Shown here: positions 19,159-28,501 of the stretch, piece after piece
How positions within the stretch are numbered: position 1 is the stretch's first letter
How the letters are laid out: each line of letters opens with the position of its first letter
Source: Candidatus Brevefilum sp.
Lineage (GTDB): Bacteria > Chloroflexota > Anaerolineae > Anaerolineales > Anaerolineaceae
Direction: 5' to 3'
Assembly: GCA_035376985.1 (NCBI GenBank)
Contig: DAOSSA010000004.1
Span: 24-64,023, forward strand
DNA length: 64,000 bases
Made by a program: the position numbers and the translations under genes
The notes under the pieces: model-generated
The model's database searches: none
Told to the model about the DNA's origin: nothing
What the model saw: the letters and a program-made list of their open reading frames with translations, nothing else

Positions 19159-20082
19159 TTGAAACAGATCTGTATTATTGTTAATCCGACTGCGGGTAAG
19201 GGTGCAGCAAAAAAATTGCTGCCTGAAATTAAACTGGTTATCGATGGGCTCGGTCTGGACTATGAAATTAAATTTACAGACCACCCCGGGCATGGCATCC
19301 AATTGACAGAAGAAGCTTGTTTTGAAGCATACAAGACTCTGGTGGCGGTTGGGGGAGATGGGACGGTTAACGAAGTCATCAACGGGATGATGCGTGCAAA
19401 ACAGAAGAACACATTGCTGCCAAACCTGGCGGTTTTACCTGTAGGGCGTGGAAATGATTTTTCTTTTGGTATGGGTATTCCCCAGGATCTTGTCGCAGCT
19501 TGCCAGTTGTTAGCAAACGGAAATTCCAGGGAGATTGATATTGGTTTTGTGAAAGGTGGCGACTATCCTGAGGGCCGTTATTTTGGAAATGGCGTTGGCA
19601 TCGGATTTGATACAGTTGTTGGATTTGAAGCAGCGAAACTTCCGCCTTATATCAGCGGCGTTCCGGCATACCTGTACGCAGCACTAAAGACCATCTTTTT
19701 ATTCTTCAATGCACCGCTTATTCGGTTAGATATTGATGGCGAAATCATCGAACAACCCTGTATTTTGGTGTCGATGATGAATGGGCGGCGGATGGGGGGT
19801 TCTTTCATGTTTGCGCCCGAGTCCGAATCTGATGATGGTATGTTAAACCTGTGCATTGCCGGGCAGGTAACCCGGTGGCAGGTTTTAGGCTTGATTCCGC
19901 AGGTAATGTCCGGCACACAGGAGGAAAATCCAGCGATTAAGATGCCCACAGGAAAGGCGATCAAGATCAGCGCAATTGAGGGCACATTGCCTGTGCATGC
20001 TGACGGCGAAACGATTTGTGTCGCCGGTGAAGCCCTTGAAGTTGATATTCTCCCACGAGCTTTGAGGTTGGTGTCTCCATGA
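19159..20082 (+). CDS. diacylglycerol kinase family lipid kinase
   Basis: IVNPTAGKG, VGGDGTVNEV, PVGRGNDF, HADGE. Confidence 0.92.
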   Translation: MKQICIIVNPTAGKGAAKKLLPEIKLVIDGLGLDYEIKFTDHPGHGIQLTEEACFEAYKTLVAVGGDGTVNEVINGMMRAKQKNTLLPNLAVLPVGRGNDFSFGMGIPQDLVAACQLLANGNSREIDIGFVKGGDYPEGRYFGNGVGIGFDTVVGFEAAKLPPYISGVPAYLYAALKTIFLFFNAPLIRLDIDGEIIEQPCILVSMMNGRRMGGSFMFAPESESDDGMLNLCIAGQVTRWQVLGLIPQVMSGTQEENPAIKMPTGKAIKISAIEGTLPVHADGETICVAGEALEVDILPRALRLVSP

Positions 20083-20813
20083 AAACCCCACTGACCTGGG
20101 TGGTCAATACAATCATTCGGACCATCCTGTATTGCCTGCTTAAAATTGACATATCAGAGATAAAAAAGGTGCCCAAACGTGGTCCGCTGATTCTTGCTGT
20201 TAATCATGTTAATTTTTTGGATGCGCCTGTGCTGATCACCCACATGGGATCACGGGCATTTACAGGGTTTGCCAAACGCGAAACCTGGGATAACCCATTG
20301 ACGGCATTTTTGTTTACCCTGTGGGGCGGAATTCCGATTGATCGTGGGATTGCTGATTTCAATGCTTTCAAAGCGGCTAAAGATGCGTTACTGGTCAAAA
20401 AGCAACTTTTAGCCATCGCTCCGGAAGGTACACGTTCAGGCGACGGTCGTTTGCATCAAGGAAAACCCGGTATCGCCATCCTGGCGAGCAAGGCTGATGT
20501 ACCAATCCTCCCGATGGTCTATTATGGGCACGAAGATATCTTACAAAATCTTCGCCGATTAAAACGGACACCATTTCATGTAAGAGTTGGTAAACCCTTT
20601 CGGTGTAAGTTCTCTGGTCAGGAGAAAAACAAAGAGGTTATGCAAGCCGTAACCGACGCCATCATGCTGGAAATTGCTGACCTGCTGCCTGAGAAATACC
20701 ACGGAGAATATCGGGGAGTTACGATTGACCGTCGAAAGTACCTTGAATATAACGATTCAACTTCGGGGGAGGAGATTCCGCAGGCGCTTGGAGAGCAATT
20801 TTCCCACGCCTAA
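20079..20813 (+). CDS. plsC: 1-acyl-sn-glycerol-3-phosphate acyltransferase
   Basis: NHVNFLD (HxxxxD) and APEGTRS motifs. Confidence 0.88.
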   Translation: MKTPLTWVVNTIIRTILYCLLKIDISEIKKVPKRGPLILAVNHVNFLDAPVLITHMGSRAFTGFAKRETWDNPLTAFLFTLWGGIPIDRGIADFNAFKAAKDALLVKKQLLAIAPEGTRSGDGRLHQGKPGIAILASKADVPILPMVYYGHEDILQNLRRLKRTPFHVRVGKPFRCKFSGQEKNKEVMQAVTDAIMLEIADLLPEKYHGEYRGVTIDRRKYLEYNDSTSGEEIPQALGEQFSHA

Positions 20814-22214
20814 ATTGCGACCGCTTTTATCTTCCACCAGCAGATACTGACCTTGAGGGTGCAGATCTATTTTAGGATTGCGAATATCCCGCCGATCGAT
20901 CCATTGGGCGAGTTGTGAATCATCAAGCTGGGCTTTTCCCCGGATAAATAAGTGACCGAAACGGCTGGCAAATTCATAAGAAGGGTGGAAATTTTCTGAA
21001 ATCCACTGACCGATTTGCATGCCAATCAACTCAAAGGGGAGCGTTTGGAACCTTTCGAGGTAGACCAGAGGAATGAGAAAGATGCCTTCGTGTCGCTTAA
21101 AAAGCTGGAGGTGATACCCGGCGAGGATTTCATCAAGGGCAAATCCATAAGCATCCCAAATCTGTTCACAAATCGCAGACTGAAGATTGAGCGTTGCTGC
21201 TTCAAGCTGGGTGCGAGAAAAGTCGCGGGTGGGGGGCGCCTGAGGTGTTACAGGGATTACGCCTGTTTTTCGTAAACGTGCGCAAAAGAAGCCCGACATG
21301 CCGGTCTGATGCGGCCAGAGTCGCAGAGTATTCTGTAGTGAGGGATGGAAAACCTGGTCTGCATAGGCGGTCAGCCCGGGGACATGGAAGGGTACCCTGC
21401 TGGCGAGATCTTCAACAATCAGGGCGCCGGGGTACAACTTGAGAACCTGGTCAATCACAGCCTCGTTCTCCTCGGGAGCCAGTGAGCAGGTGGCGTAAAC
21501 GATCTGTCCGCCAATCTTAAGGGCGCTCAACCCGCTGATGAGAAGCCGGATTTGCATTTCTTGCAGACGAAGCCGTTCTGAATCGGTGGTTTCCCTGAGG
21601 GGGTGGCTGGGTGTCGGGCGGAGGTTCTCCATGCTGCAGGGGGCATCCAGCAAGATGCTATCAAAAGTCTCGGGATACCACCTGCCAAAGGATTCTCCGG
21701 GAAAATGGGTTACAGCCTGGTTGATGGCGCCCCAATTAGCGATGACGGAGCGTAAAGCGGGGATGCGTCTCTGGCTGGCATCATTGGCGATGATAAAACC
21801 CATATCCTGTGTGCGGTCAACCAGGTGGGTTGTTTTTCCACCGGGTGAGGCGGCTATGTCGAGGATCAACGGTCGCTGTGCCTCAAAATCCAGCAGGCTG
21901 ACCGGAACCATTGAGGCTGCATCCTGCAGGTAATATCCGCCCATGCTGTGTTCTATCGTCATGCCGGGCGAGGTGCTGGCGGATTCGATCAGCCAGGCGT
22001 TGTCACAGAAGGTGATAGGTTTAATTTCCCAGCCGTAACGTTCTGCCAGGGCATGGATCGATGTTGCTGGGTGCGCTTTGAGTGAATTGAGCCGAATACC
22101 GGTGGACAGGGGGGCATCCTGAATTGCCCGGATCTTCTGGAGTTCTTCCTCGCTGAGGATCTCTGAAAAACGTGCCAGGCTTTGGACTAGTTTACTCGCG
22201 CCGGGATCAGCCAT
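20757..22214 (-). CDS. rsmF: RsmF/NOP2-family rRNA cytosine-C5 methyltransferase
   Basis: QDAASM, DIAASPGGKTT, DAPCS (motif IV), YATCSLAPEENE (motif VI), C-terminal RsmF-like domain. Confidence 0.85.
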   Translation of the reverse strand: MADPGASKLVQSLARFSEILSEEELQKIRAIQDAPLSTGIRLNSLKAHPATSIHALAERYGWEIKPITFCDNAWLIESASTSPGMTIEHSMGGYYLQDAASMVPVSLLDFEAQRPLILDIAASPGGKTTHLVDRTQDMGFIIANDASQRRIPALRSVIANWGAINQAVTHFPGESFGRWYPETFDSILLDAPCSMENLRPTPSHPLRETTDSERLRLQEMQIRLLISGLSALKIGGQIVYATCSLAPEENEAVIDQVLKLYPGALIVEDLASRVPFHVPGLTAYADQVFHPSLQNTLRLWPHQTGMSGFFCARLRKTGVIPVTPQAPPTRDFSRTQLEAATLNLQSAICEQIWDAYGFALDEILAGYHLQLFKRHEGIFLIPLVYLERFQTLPFELIGMQIGQWISENFHPSYEFASRFGHLFIRGKAQLDDSQLAQWIDRRDIRNPKIDLHPQGQYLLVEDKSGRNLGVGKLLSKRLRNLLPRS

Positions 22215-23040
22215 TGTGAGCTCCCAGGCTTTTATCAATCAGAAAGACAATCTCGTTTTCGATCTTTATTTCCTGAATGGGCAGGCCTTCAGGCAGGTTG
22301 GAAAAGACCAAATCTCGATGCCTTTGTTGCAGGCTGTGGGTGCCGGAGAGGTCAGTAGCAGGTAAGGAGACAGCCAGTGTTTTAACGTTCAGAGCACTCC
22401 AGAAGGCACGGTTGCATCCGGGTTGACGCTTTTCGAAACGATGCGCCTCTTTGAAGAAAAACGCGAGATCAGCGGCGCCTTCTGGTGGGTTTACGAGGAT
22501 GTCCCTGTTTTCAGCCAGGGGTGTTAATCCGATTTTTGATAGAAAAAGGTTGATAAAGTCCACCCTGGGTTGGATGATATCAAAGGCATGGTAGCGGACT
22601 GAAGCAGGTAGCCCCATCCAGGGGAACGCCAGGGGATGCAAGCCGCAAGCCAGGTCGAAGATCACCTGCGGTTTTCCAGGCGCATGGAAAAGTTGTGGGT
22701 AAAACTCGTCCATAATTGGGATGCGTTCTGCTGTGGAAGCATGCTGAGAGAGCACTTTGAGGCAAAAATTCTTCAACTGCGGTGAATCGAGGGCTAAATC
22801 TTCGATTTTAAACAGTTCTTTTGTCAGGGCAGGATAATCGGGCTGACCCAGGTAGGGTGCGACGATGTTGTGTAATTTCCGCCGAACGGCTTTGAGGGTC
22901 GCTTTTTGTGACCCCTGCTGAAGCGTTTCTTGTCGGACCAGGTCTTCAACGGTGGCCTGATTTAGCCCCAGATGACGGTATTTCTTTGTGCTGAGGATCT
23001 GACCCACAAGCCCCTGGACGAGCTGGTTTTCAACCTTCAT
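22207..23040 (-). CDS. ArmA/Rmt-family 16S rRNA m7G1405-type methyltransferase, divergent paralogue
   Basis: HASTAER, DLACGLHPLAF, YHAFDI, LAFFFK motifs; C-terminal motifs deviate from the family. Confidence 0.8.
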   Translation of the reverse strand: MKVENQLVQGLVGQILSTKKYRHLGLNQATVEDLVRQETLQQGSQKATLKAVRRKLHNIVAPYLGQPDYPALTKELFKIEDLALDSPQLKNFCLKVLSQHASTAERIPIMDEFYPQLFHAPGKPQVIFDLACGLHPLAFPWMGLPASVRYHAFDIIQPRVDFINLFLSKIGLTPLAENRDILVNPPEGAADLAFFFKEAHRFEKRQPGCNRAFWSALNVKTLAVSLPATDLSGTHSLQQRHRDLVFSNLPEGLPIQEIKIENEIVFLIDKSLGAHNG

Positions 23041-23843
23041 TTTGTCACCAAAAAAGCCAGTTCGGTTTGGAAAAGAAACTCCTGGATACCCCAGGGTTTT
23101 TCACTGACCAGCTTTAAAAAATGCTCTTTGTAGAATGAGGACATGCCTTTTTTGCGCCCAGCCAGGCTATGAATAGGAAAGCTGACCAGGATGTGATCCG
23201 CAGGTATGCTCTCCAGCAAACGGTCACCGATAGATTTTTCCATTTGTTCCAAACAGGGGATCGATTTAAGTAAAAAGGCTACCTGGGCTCTTTCGGCGGG
23301 AACCTCAGCTACCAAATCGCAGGACTCAGCCGCGCCGTTGATGTTGAATTGACCAAAAAAAGCATTGACCAATTCCAGCAGATCCAGGTAGATGTCGCAG
23401 GCAAAATACTGTACATGGTCTGCAACGGGCATCCAGGGGAGCGCCAGGGGGTTCATCCCACACGCCAAATCGTTGATGCTGGTGACCGGGGCGATCGGCG
23501 CCAGGCAGGTTTGGAAAAAAGTTTCAATAATGGGCAGGCGTTCTTCAGTGGAGGCATGGGATTGCAGCATCCGCCGGCAGAAATCCTGGGTTTCAGCCGC
23601 ATTGAGCTCTCTGGGGAGATCTTCCAACTGTTGGGTGGCAGCGGCGTAACCTGCTTTATGTTTGAGATAGGCACCGCCAACCTGGTGGAGTTTGTTGCGC
23701 ACAAACTTGACAGCAGCTTTACCTGTCAAACCAGCAGTGATTGCTTCCTGGCTGAGACGCCGAACCAGGCTCGAGGTGATGTGCTTGTATTTAGCCCCCG
23801 AGAGCACTTGGATGACTAACTGCTCGAGCTGTGGGTTACCCAT
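23037..23843 (-). CDS. ArmA/Rmt-family 16S rRNA (guanine1405-N7)-methyltransferase
   Basis: HASTEERL, DLACGMNPLAL, ACDI, FLLKSIPCLEQ, VSFPIHSLAGRKKGM all match RmtB/ArmA/Sgm signatures. Confidence 0.9.
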   Translation of the reverse strand: MGNPQLEQLVIQVLSGAKYKHITSSLVRRLSQEAITAGLTGKAAVKFVRNKLHQVGGAYLKHKAGYAAATQQLEDLPRELNAAETQDFCRRMLQSHASTEERLPIIETFFQTCLAPIAPVTSINDLACGMNPLALPWMPVADHVQYFACDIYLDLLELVNAFFGQFNINGAAESCDLVAEVPAERAQVAFLLKSIPCLEQMEKSIGDRLLESIPADHILVSFPIHSLAGRKKGMSSFYKEHFLKLVSEKPWGIQEFLFQTELAFLVTK

Positions 23844-24933
23844 GGTCGTTCTGCAGCCTTTCTGTGAGCTGGGTCATGAAGCGCAGGTTGTGCAGGGTCG
23901 CCAGGCGGTGATAAAGCCAGTCTCCGGTTTTGAAAAGGTGGTGCAGATAACCCAGGCTGTAGTGCTGGCACACGGGGCAATCGCAATCATCTGATATTGG
24001 TCGATTGACTTTGATGTGTTTTTTATCCTGGAGATAGATATATTCCAGCCAGTCTTCACCCTGCAGGGGCTGACCCGGTGGAATGTTGTAACGCATCAAA
24101 CGGCCGTGTCGGGCATCACGGGTGGGCAAGGCGCAATCAAAGAGGTCATAGCCGAGGCGAAAAGTTTTAACCAGGTTGAGCGGATGCCCGATCCCCAGCG
24201 CGTGCATGGGATAAGTGGAAGGCACCAGCTCTCGAGTCAGTCCGACAATGTCTGTGAGCAATTGTCCCTGGGAATCCAACGGCCAACCGCCATAGCCAAA
24301 GGCGTCAAAGCCGATCTCCAACAAGCCATCTGCGCATTCCTGGCGCAGGTCGGTGTAACCACCGCCTTGAATCACGCCGAAGATCAGGGGGCGGTCTGCA
24401 CCGGAAATTTTACGCTGATCGAGTTGGAGATTGTATTCCTGCTTGCAGCGCTTCGCCCAATCCAGAGTGCGCTTGACACTGATTTCTTGCTCTGCGCGAG
24501 ACGCGTCCACGTGGGTACAGTCATCGAGGCAGATGACCACATCACTGCCGTAACTGATCTGTAATTGGATGCTCTTCTCTGGCGAGAGGAGCAGTTTTCT
24601 GCCCTTGCCTTCGGGACGGAAGAGGATGCCGCGGTCGGTGAGGGTGCCGAACTGGTCGGATTGGTGGATCAGCGAGTATGCCTGGAATCCGCCCGAATCG
24701 GTCACAATCACTTTGTGCCAGTCGGCAAAGTTGTGCAAGCCAGAAAAGGATTGAATGGTACTCGAACCGGGTTTCTGCATCAGGTGAAAGGTGTTCATAA
24801 CCAGGCCTTGAATGCCAATGCTCTCCAAGTCGCGTGAATCCACTGCGCGCACATACCCCAGGGTTGCATCGGGGAGAAAAGCTGGTAAGGCGAGAGCTTT
24901 ATCCCGAATTTGCATTTTTTGTGATGTCTGCAT
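23836..24933 (-). CDS. tgt: tRNA-guanine transglycosylase
   Basis: TDSGGFQ, QGG, FDCALPTRDARHG, zinc site CDCPVC...H. Confidence 0.9.
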   Translation of the reverse strand: MQTSQKMQIRDKALALPAFLPDATLGYVRAVDSRDLESIGIQGLVMNTFHLMQKPGSSTIQSFSGLHNFADWHKVIVTDSGGFQAYSLIHQSDQFGTLTDRGILFRPEGKGRKLLLSPEKSIQLQISYGSDVVICLDDCTHVDASRAEQEISVKRTLDWAKRCKQEYNLQLDQRKISGADRPLIFGVIQGGGYTDLRQECADGLLEIGFDAFGYGGWPLDSQGQLLTDIVGLTRELVPSTYPMHALGIGHPLNLVKTFRLGYDLFDCALPTRDARHGRLMRYNIPPGQPLQGEDWLEYIYLQDKKHIKVNRPISDDCDCPVCQHYSLGYLHHLFKTGDWLYHRLATLHNLRFMTQLTERLQNDHG

Positions 24934-24934
24934 T

Positions 24935-25636
24935 TTAGCGTTTCCTTTGCAGCTTGTTGAGGTTGAGGATCAGGACAAACTCACGCTTCTGACCAGTGAC
25001 CTTTGGCAGGATGTCTGCGATGTGCCCCCGGTAGATCGTTTCTTGCTTGAGGGTCAGGTCGCATGCCAGGAGGATATCCTGGTTCTTCCCAAACACAGAC
25101 TGAACTTCCGTCAGAAGTTTGGTCAGACGGTAAGGCGTGTCCATCAGAATCACCGGGACGGATTCGGATTTATATTTGGCAAGAAAACTTTCGCGATGCT
25201 CGCTTTTTACAGGTGGGAACCCTGCAAATATGAAGCGATCGATGGGAAAATTACTAAGTGAAAGAGCACCCATCAAAGAGGAAGGCCCCGGAACCGGTGA
25301 AATCGAGATGCCCGCCTGGTAGCACAGGTCGAGCAGGTGCCGCCCCGGGTCGGCAAAAACAGGCGTGCCGGCATCTGAGATAATGGCCATAGATTCGCCC
25401 TGGGCCAGGCGCAGGACGATGTGATCCGATTCCTCGGATTCATTGTGTTCGTTTAAGGTGAGCAGTTCGTTTTCTACACCCAGTTGACGGAGCAGGCGGC
25501 TCCCCTGGCGGACTTCTTCACAAATGATGGCATCGACCTGCTTGAGGATATCCAGAGCGCGCAACGTAATGTCACGGGGGTTGCCAATGGGCGTTGCAAT
25601 GATGTACAAAATGCCCAATTTTTCTGTGTGTGTCAT
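24935..25636 (-). CDS. rsmI: RsmI-family methyltransferase, copy 2
   Basis: LYIIATPIGNPRDITLRAL, SDAGTPVFADPG, PVPGPSS, MDTPYRL. Confidence 0.88.
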   Translation of the reverse strand: MTHTEKLGILYIIATPIGNPRDITLRALDILKQVDAIICEEVRQGSRLLRQLGVENELLTLNEHNESEESDHIVLRLAQGESMAIISDAGTPVFADPGRHLLDLCYQAGISISPVPGPSSLMGALSLSNFPIDRFIFAGFPPVKSEHRESFLAKYKSESVPVILMDTPYRLTKLLTEVQSVFGKNQDILLACDLTLKQETIYRGHIADILPKVTGQKREFVLILNLNKLQRKR

Positions 25637-25753
25637 GGGTTTAATTGTAGCATTACTCCCAGTGTGTTGAGAAGTTGATCTTTTAGAAACTGGTCAAGGG
25701 GTTGGTAATATGGCATAATCTAAGCAGGTTTGTTGTCAAGGAATTGGAGAATC

Positions 25754-27295
25754 ATGAAAAAGACCAGCCGGCTCAGCCGGATTTCTCTGCTTTTATTTAT
25801 CTTTTTTGGGCTGGGTAAATTGGTGGCGATCGTGCGGACCGTCATCATTGGCAGGCAATTTGGCTTATCCGCAGAACTGGATGTTTTCAATGCCGCTAAT
25901 AATTTACCCGATCTATTGTTTGCACTTATTTCAGGTGGTGCGCTGGCGATTGCATTTATCCCTGTTCTCTCGGAGACACTGGCAAAAGAAGGGCGGGAAT
26001 CGGCATGGAAATTGTTTTCACGGATTGCGAACCTGGCATTTCTCGTCACAGCAGTTTTGGCGTTGGTAATTGCGGTGTTTGCAAAACCGCTGGTTGGCTG
26101 GGAGTTAGGGATTGCTCCCGGGTTTTCAACTGAACAACAGGTTCTGGCAGTTCAATTAATGCGCTTGAACCTGGTTGCCACTCTTATCTTTTCGATCAGC
26201 GGTCTGGTGATCGCTGGATTGCATGCCAATCAACATTTCCTTCTACCGGCAATGGCGCCGCTGGTCTATGACGGAGGGCGGATTTTTGGGGCTATCATAT
26301 TAGCACCGAGTGTTGGGTACAAGATTGCCGGGATTCAATTGCCTGCTTTCGGTATGGGAATTCATGGCTTGGTCTACGGTGTGATTATTGGCGCAGCGCT
26401 ACACTTATTAATTCAGGTGCCGGGCTTGATCAAGCATAAATTTAAATGGTTTGCCAGCCTGAACCTGAAGGATCAATCGGTCCAAAATGTATTAAGGTTG
26501 ATGGGGCCGCGTTTGGTAAATATGGTCTTCATTCAATTGTTTTTCCTGGCACAGGACAACCTGGCCTCACGATTACCAGAAGGTTCTTTGACAGCCTTGA
26601 GTTTTGGCTGGTGGATTCAACAAGTGCCTCAAACAATGATCGGCACCGCGATTGCGACCGCGTTGCTGCCGACCCTGTCAGATCATATTGCAGCGGGTGA
26701 GCAAGCAGCATTCAAAGACACGATCGAGCGATCGTTAAAGGTGATGATTGCCGTATCTTTGCCGATTGCGGTGATCCTGTCACTGACCAGTTTGCCGCTG
26801 ATCCAGGTGGCCTTTAATTATAGTTTGGGTGAATCACAAATGATTCTGAGGGCTACGCAGGCCTTTCTGGTCGGATTGCTGGGACACAATATTGTGGACC
26901 TGTGTGTGCGCTCGTTTTTTGCCCGTCAACGCCCACGCGAGCCGCTGGCAATTTCAGCCCTGGGATTCTTGATCAACCTTGGATTGGCGATCGTGATGAT
27001 GGGGTGGCTGTCCTTTGGGGGAATCGCGCTGGCTAACTCACTTTCGTATAGCATTCAAGGTTTGTTGTTAATTATCATGCTCAACCGTCAACTACCTGAC
27101 AATTTTCGATTGGGAGCTGCGCTATTGCGGGGAGGATTGAGCGCGTGCCTGGCTGGATTAAGCATCTGGTTGGTGATGAATGTGATTCCAATACCGGTTT
27201 CAGCACTGGGATTGGCATTAGCAGCGATTGTTATCGGTGCACTGGCAGGCGCAATCCCGATCTGGAAAGATATCCGTATGCTTGTCCACCTGTAG
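25754..27295 (+). CDS. murJ: lipid II flippase MurJ/MviN
   Basis: DVFNAANNLPDLL, AFIPV, TALLPTLS; about 13 TM helices. Confidence 0.9.
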   Translation: MKKTSRLSRISLLLFIFFGLGKLVAIVRTVIIGRQFGLSAELDVFNAANNLPDLLFALISGGALAIAFIPVLSETLAKEGRESAWKLFSRIANLAFLVTAVLALVIAVFAKPLVGWELGIAPGFSTEQQVLAVQLMRLNLVATLIFSISGLVIAGLHANQHFLLPAMAPLVYDGGRIFGAIILAPSVGYKIAGIQLPAFGMGIHGLVYGVIIGAALHLLIQVPGLIKHKFKWFASLNLKDQSVQNVLRLMGPRLVNMVFIQLFFLAQDNLASRLPEGSLTALSFGWWIQQVPQTMIGTAIATALLPTLSDHIAAGEQAAFKDTIERSLKVMIAVSLPIAVILSLTSLPLIQVAFNYSLGESQMILRATQAFLVGLLGHNIVDLCVRSFFARQRPREPLAISALGFLINLGLAIVMMGWLSFGGIALANSLSYSIQGLLLIIMLNRQLPDNFRLGAALLRGGLSACLAGLSIWLVMNVIPIPVSALGLALAAIVIGALAGAIPIWKDIRMLVHL

Positions 27296-27319
27296 GTTAA
27301 CTGAGGTATAATCCTGCCG

Positions 27320-28429
27320 ATGGATCAAACAGAGAAGACCAATCAAACTGAGCAACCAGCCAATGATCGAGAAAGAGAAAAGAAGAAGTTTCTCGAACGT
27401 CGGTCAGCCTGGTATTTGATTGCTGCTGCGCTGGTCCTGGTTTTTTTAGCCATCGGTACCCTTGCCGGGGGAGCACGCGCGATTAATGACCGGATATCAC
27501 TGGCTGAAAACCAGGCTGAATCCAGGGTCAAATCGCAAATTGACGGCGCCCGCCTGGATATCGAAGAAGGGCGATATGAGGTTGCCTTGGATCGCCTGGA
27601 CTGGATATTGGATGAGATGGCTGACTTTCTCACAGAAGCAGAACTCGCTGAAATTGGCGAACTTTACAGTCAAAGCCTGGTACTGATCAACTCAAGGACA
27701 ACCGCTACACCGCAACCCTCGCCTATGCCAACCCAGTTGGCGTTCACACCCACACCTGATTTACGGGGTGTCCAGGAATTATTCGAAAATACGCTTCAAT
27801 TGTATGCCAGCGGACAGTGGGATGAAGTCATCCGCTCTTTACAGGCGTTGAGGGAAAATGATTTACATTTTCGCGCAATCGAGGTGGACGGTTTGTTATA
27901 TGGCGCTTTACGCAACCGGGGAATCCAAAAGATATTGGCAGAAAACAGTTTAGAACCGGGAATATATGACCTGACACTGGCTGAACGCTTTGCGCCCTTA
28001 GATTCAAGCGCTGAAGGCTTGCGTACCTGGACCCGATTGTATATCACAGGTGCCAGTTACTGGGATGTGGATTGGTACCAGGTTGTCTTTTATTTTGAAC
28101 AGGTTTACCCTCACCTGCCAAACTTGATGGACGGGACGTTCATGACCGCCACAGAGCGTTTTCGCATCGGTGCCATTGAATATGCAAAGCAGCTTTTCGA
28201 AGCTGGAGATTATTGTTTAGCCCAGGAATACCTGGAAAAAGCGCTGATGATCAGCGAAGACGCGGATGCCAGATTGCTATCTCAGGATGCAGCAGAAGCT
28301 TGCCTGGGAGGTTATCCCCCGCCTGGAGAGGAGCAAAATGGCGAATCAACGCCCACGCCGATTGAGGAGCCAACATCAGTGCCGACAGAAGAAACAACAC
28401 CTGAACCAACCGAAACACCGGGTGGGTGA
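27320..28429 (+). CDS. membrane-anchored helical-repeat (TPR-like) protein with PT-rich linkers
   Basis: Single N-terminal TM helix, helical repeats, PTP/TEE-rich C-terminus. Confidence 0.55.
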   Translation: MDQTEKTNQTEQPANDREREKKKFLERRSAWYLIAAALVLVFLAIGTLAGGARAINDRISLAENQAESRVKSQIDGARLDIEEGRYEVALDRLDWILDEMADFLTEAELAEIGELYSQSLVLINSRTTATPQPSPMPTQLAFTPTPDLRGVQELFENTLQLYASGQWDEVIRSLQALRENDLHFRAIEVDGLLYGALRNRGIQKILAENSLEPGIYDLTLAERFAPLDSSAEGLRTWTRLYITGASYWDVDWYQVVFYFEQVYPHLPNLMDGTFMTATERFRIGAIEYAKQLFEAGDYCLAQEYLEKALMISEDADARLLSQDAAEACLGGYPPPGEEQNGESTPTPIEEPTSVPTEETTPEPTETPGG

Positions 28430-28456
28430 GTTATAAAATATTATCAAAAAAGGATT

Positions 28457-28486
28457 GCCATCCCAGATCATCAGGATGGCTTTTTT
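28457..28486 (+). terminator. intrinsic terminator, possibly bidirectional
   Basis: GCCATCC/GGATGGC stem followed by T6 and preceded by an A-run, between convergent genes. Confidence 0.65.
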
Positions 28487-28501
28487 GTTGGATTGTTGGG
28501 G

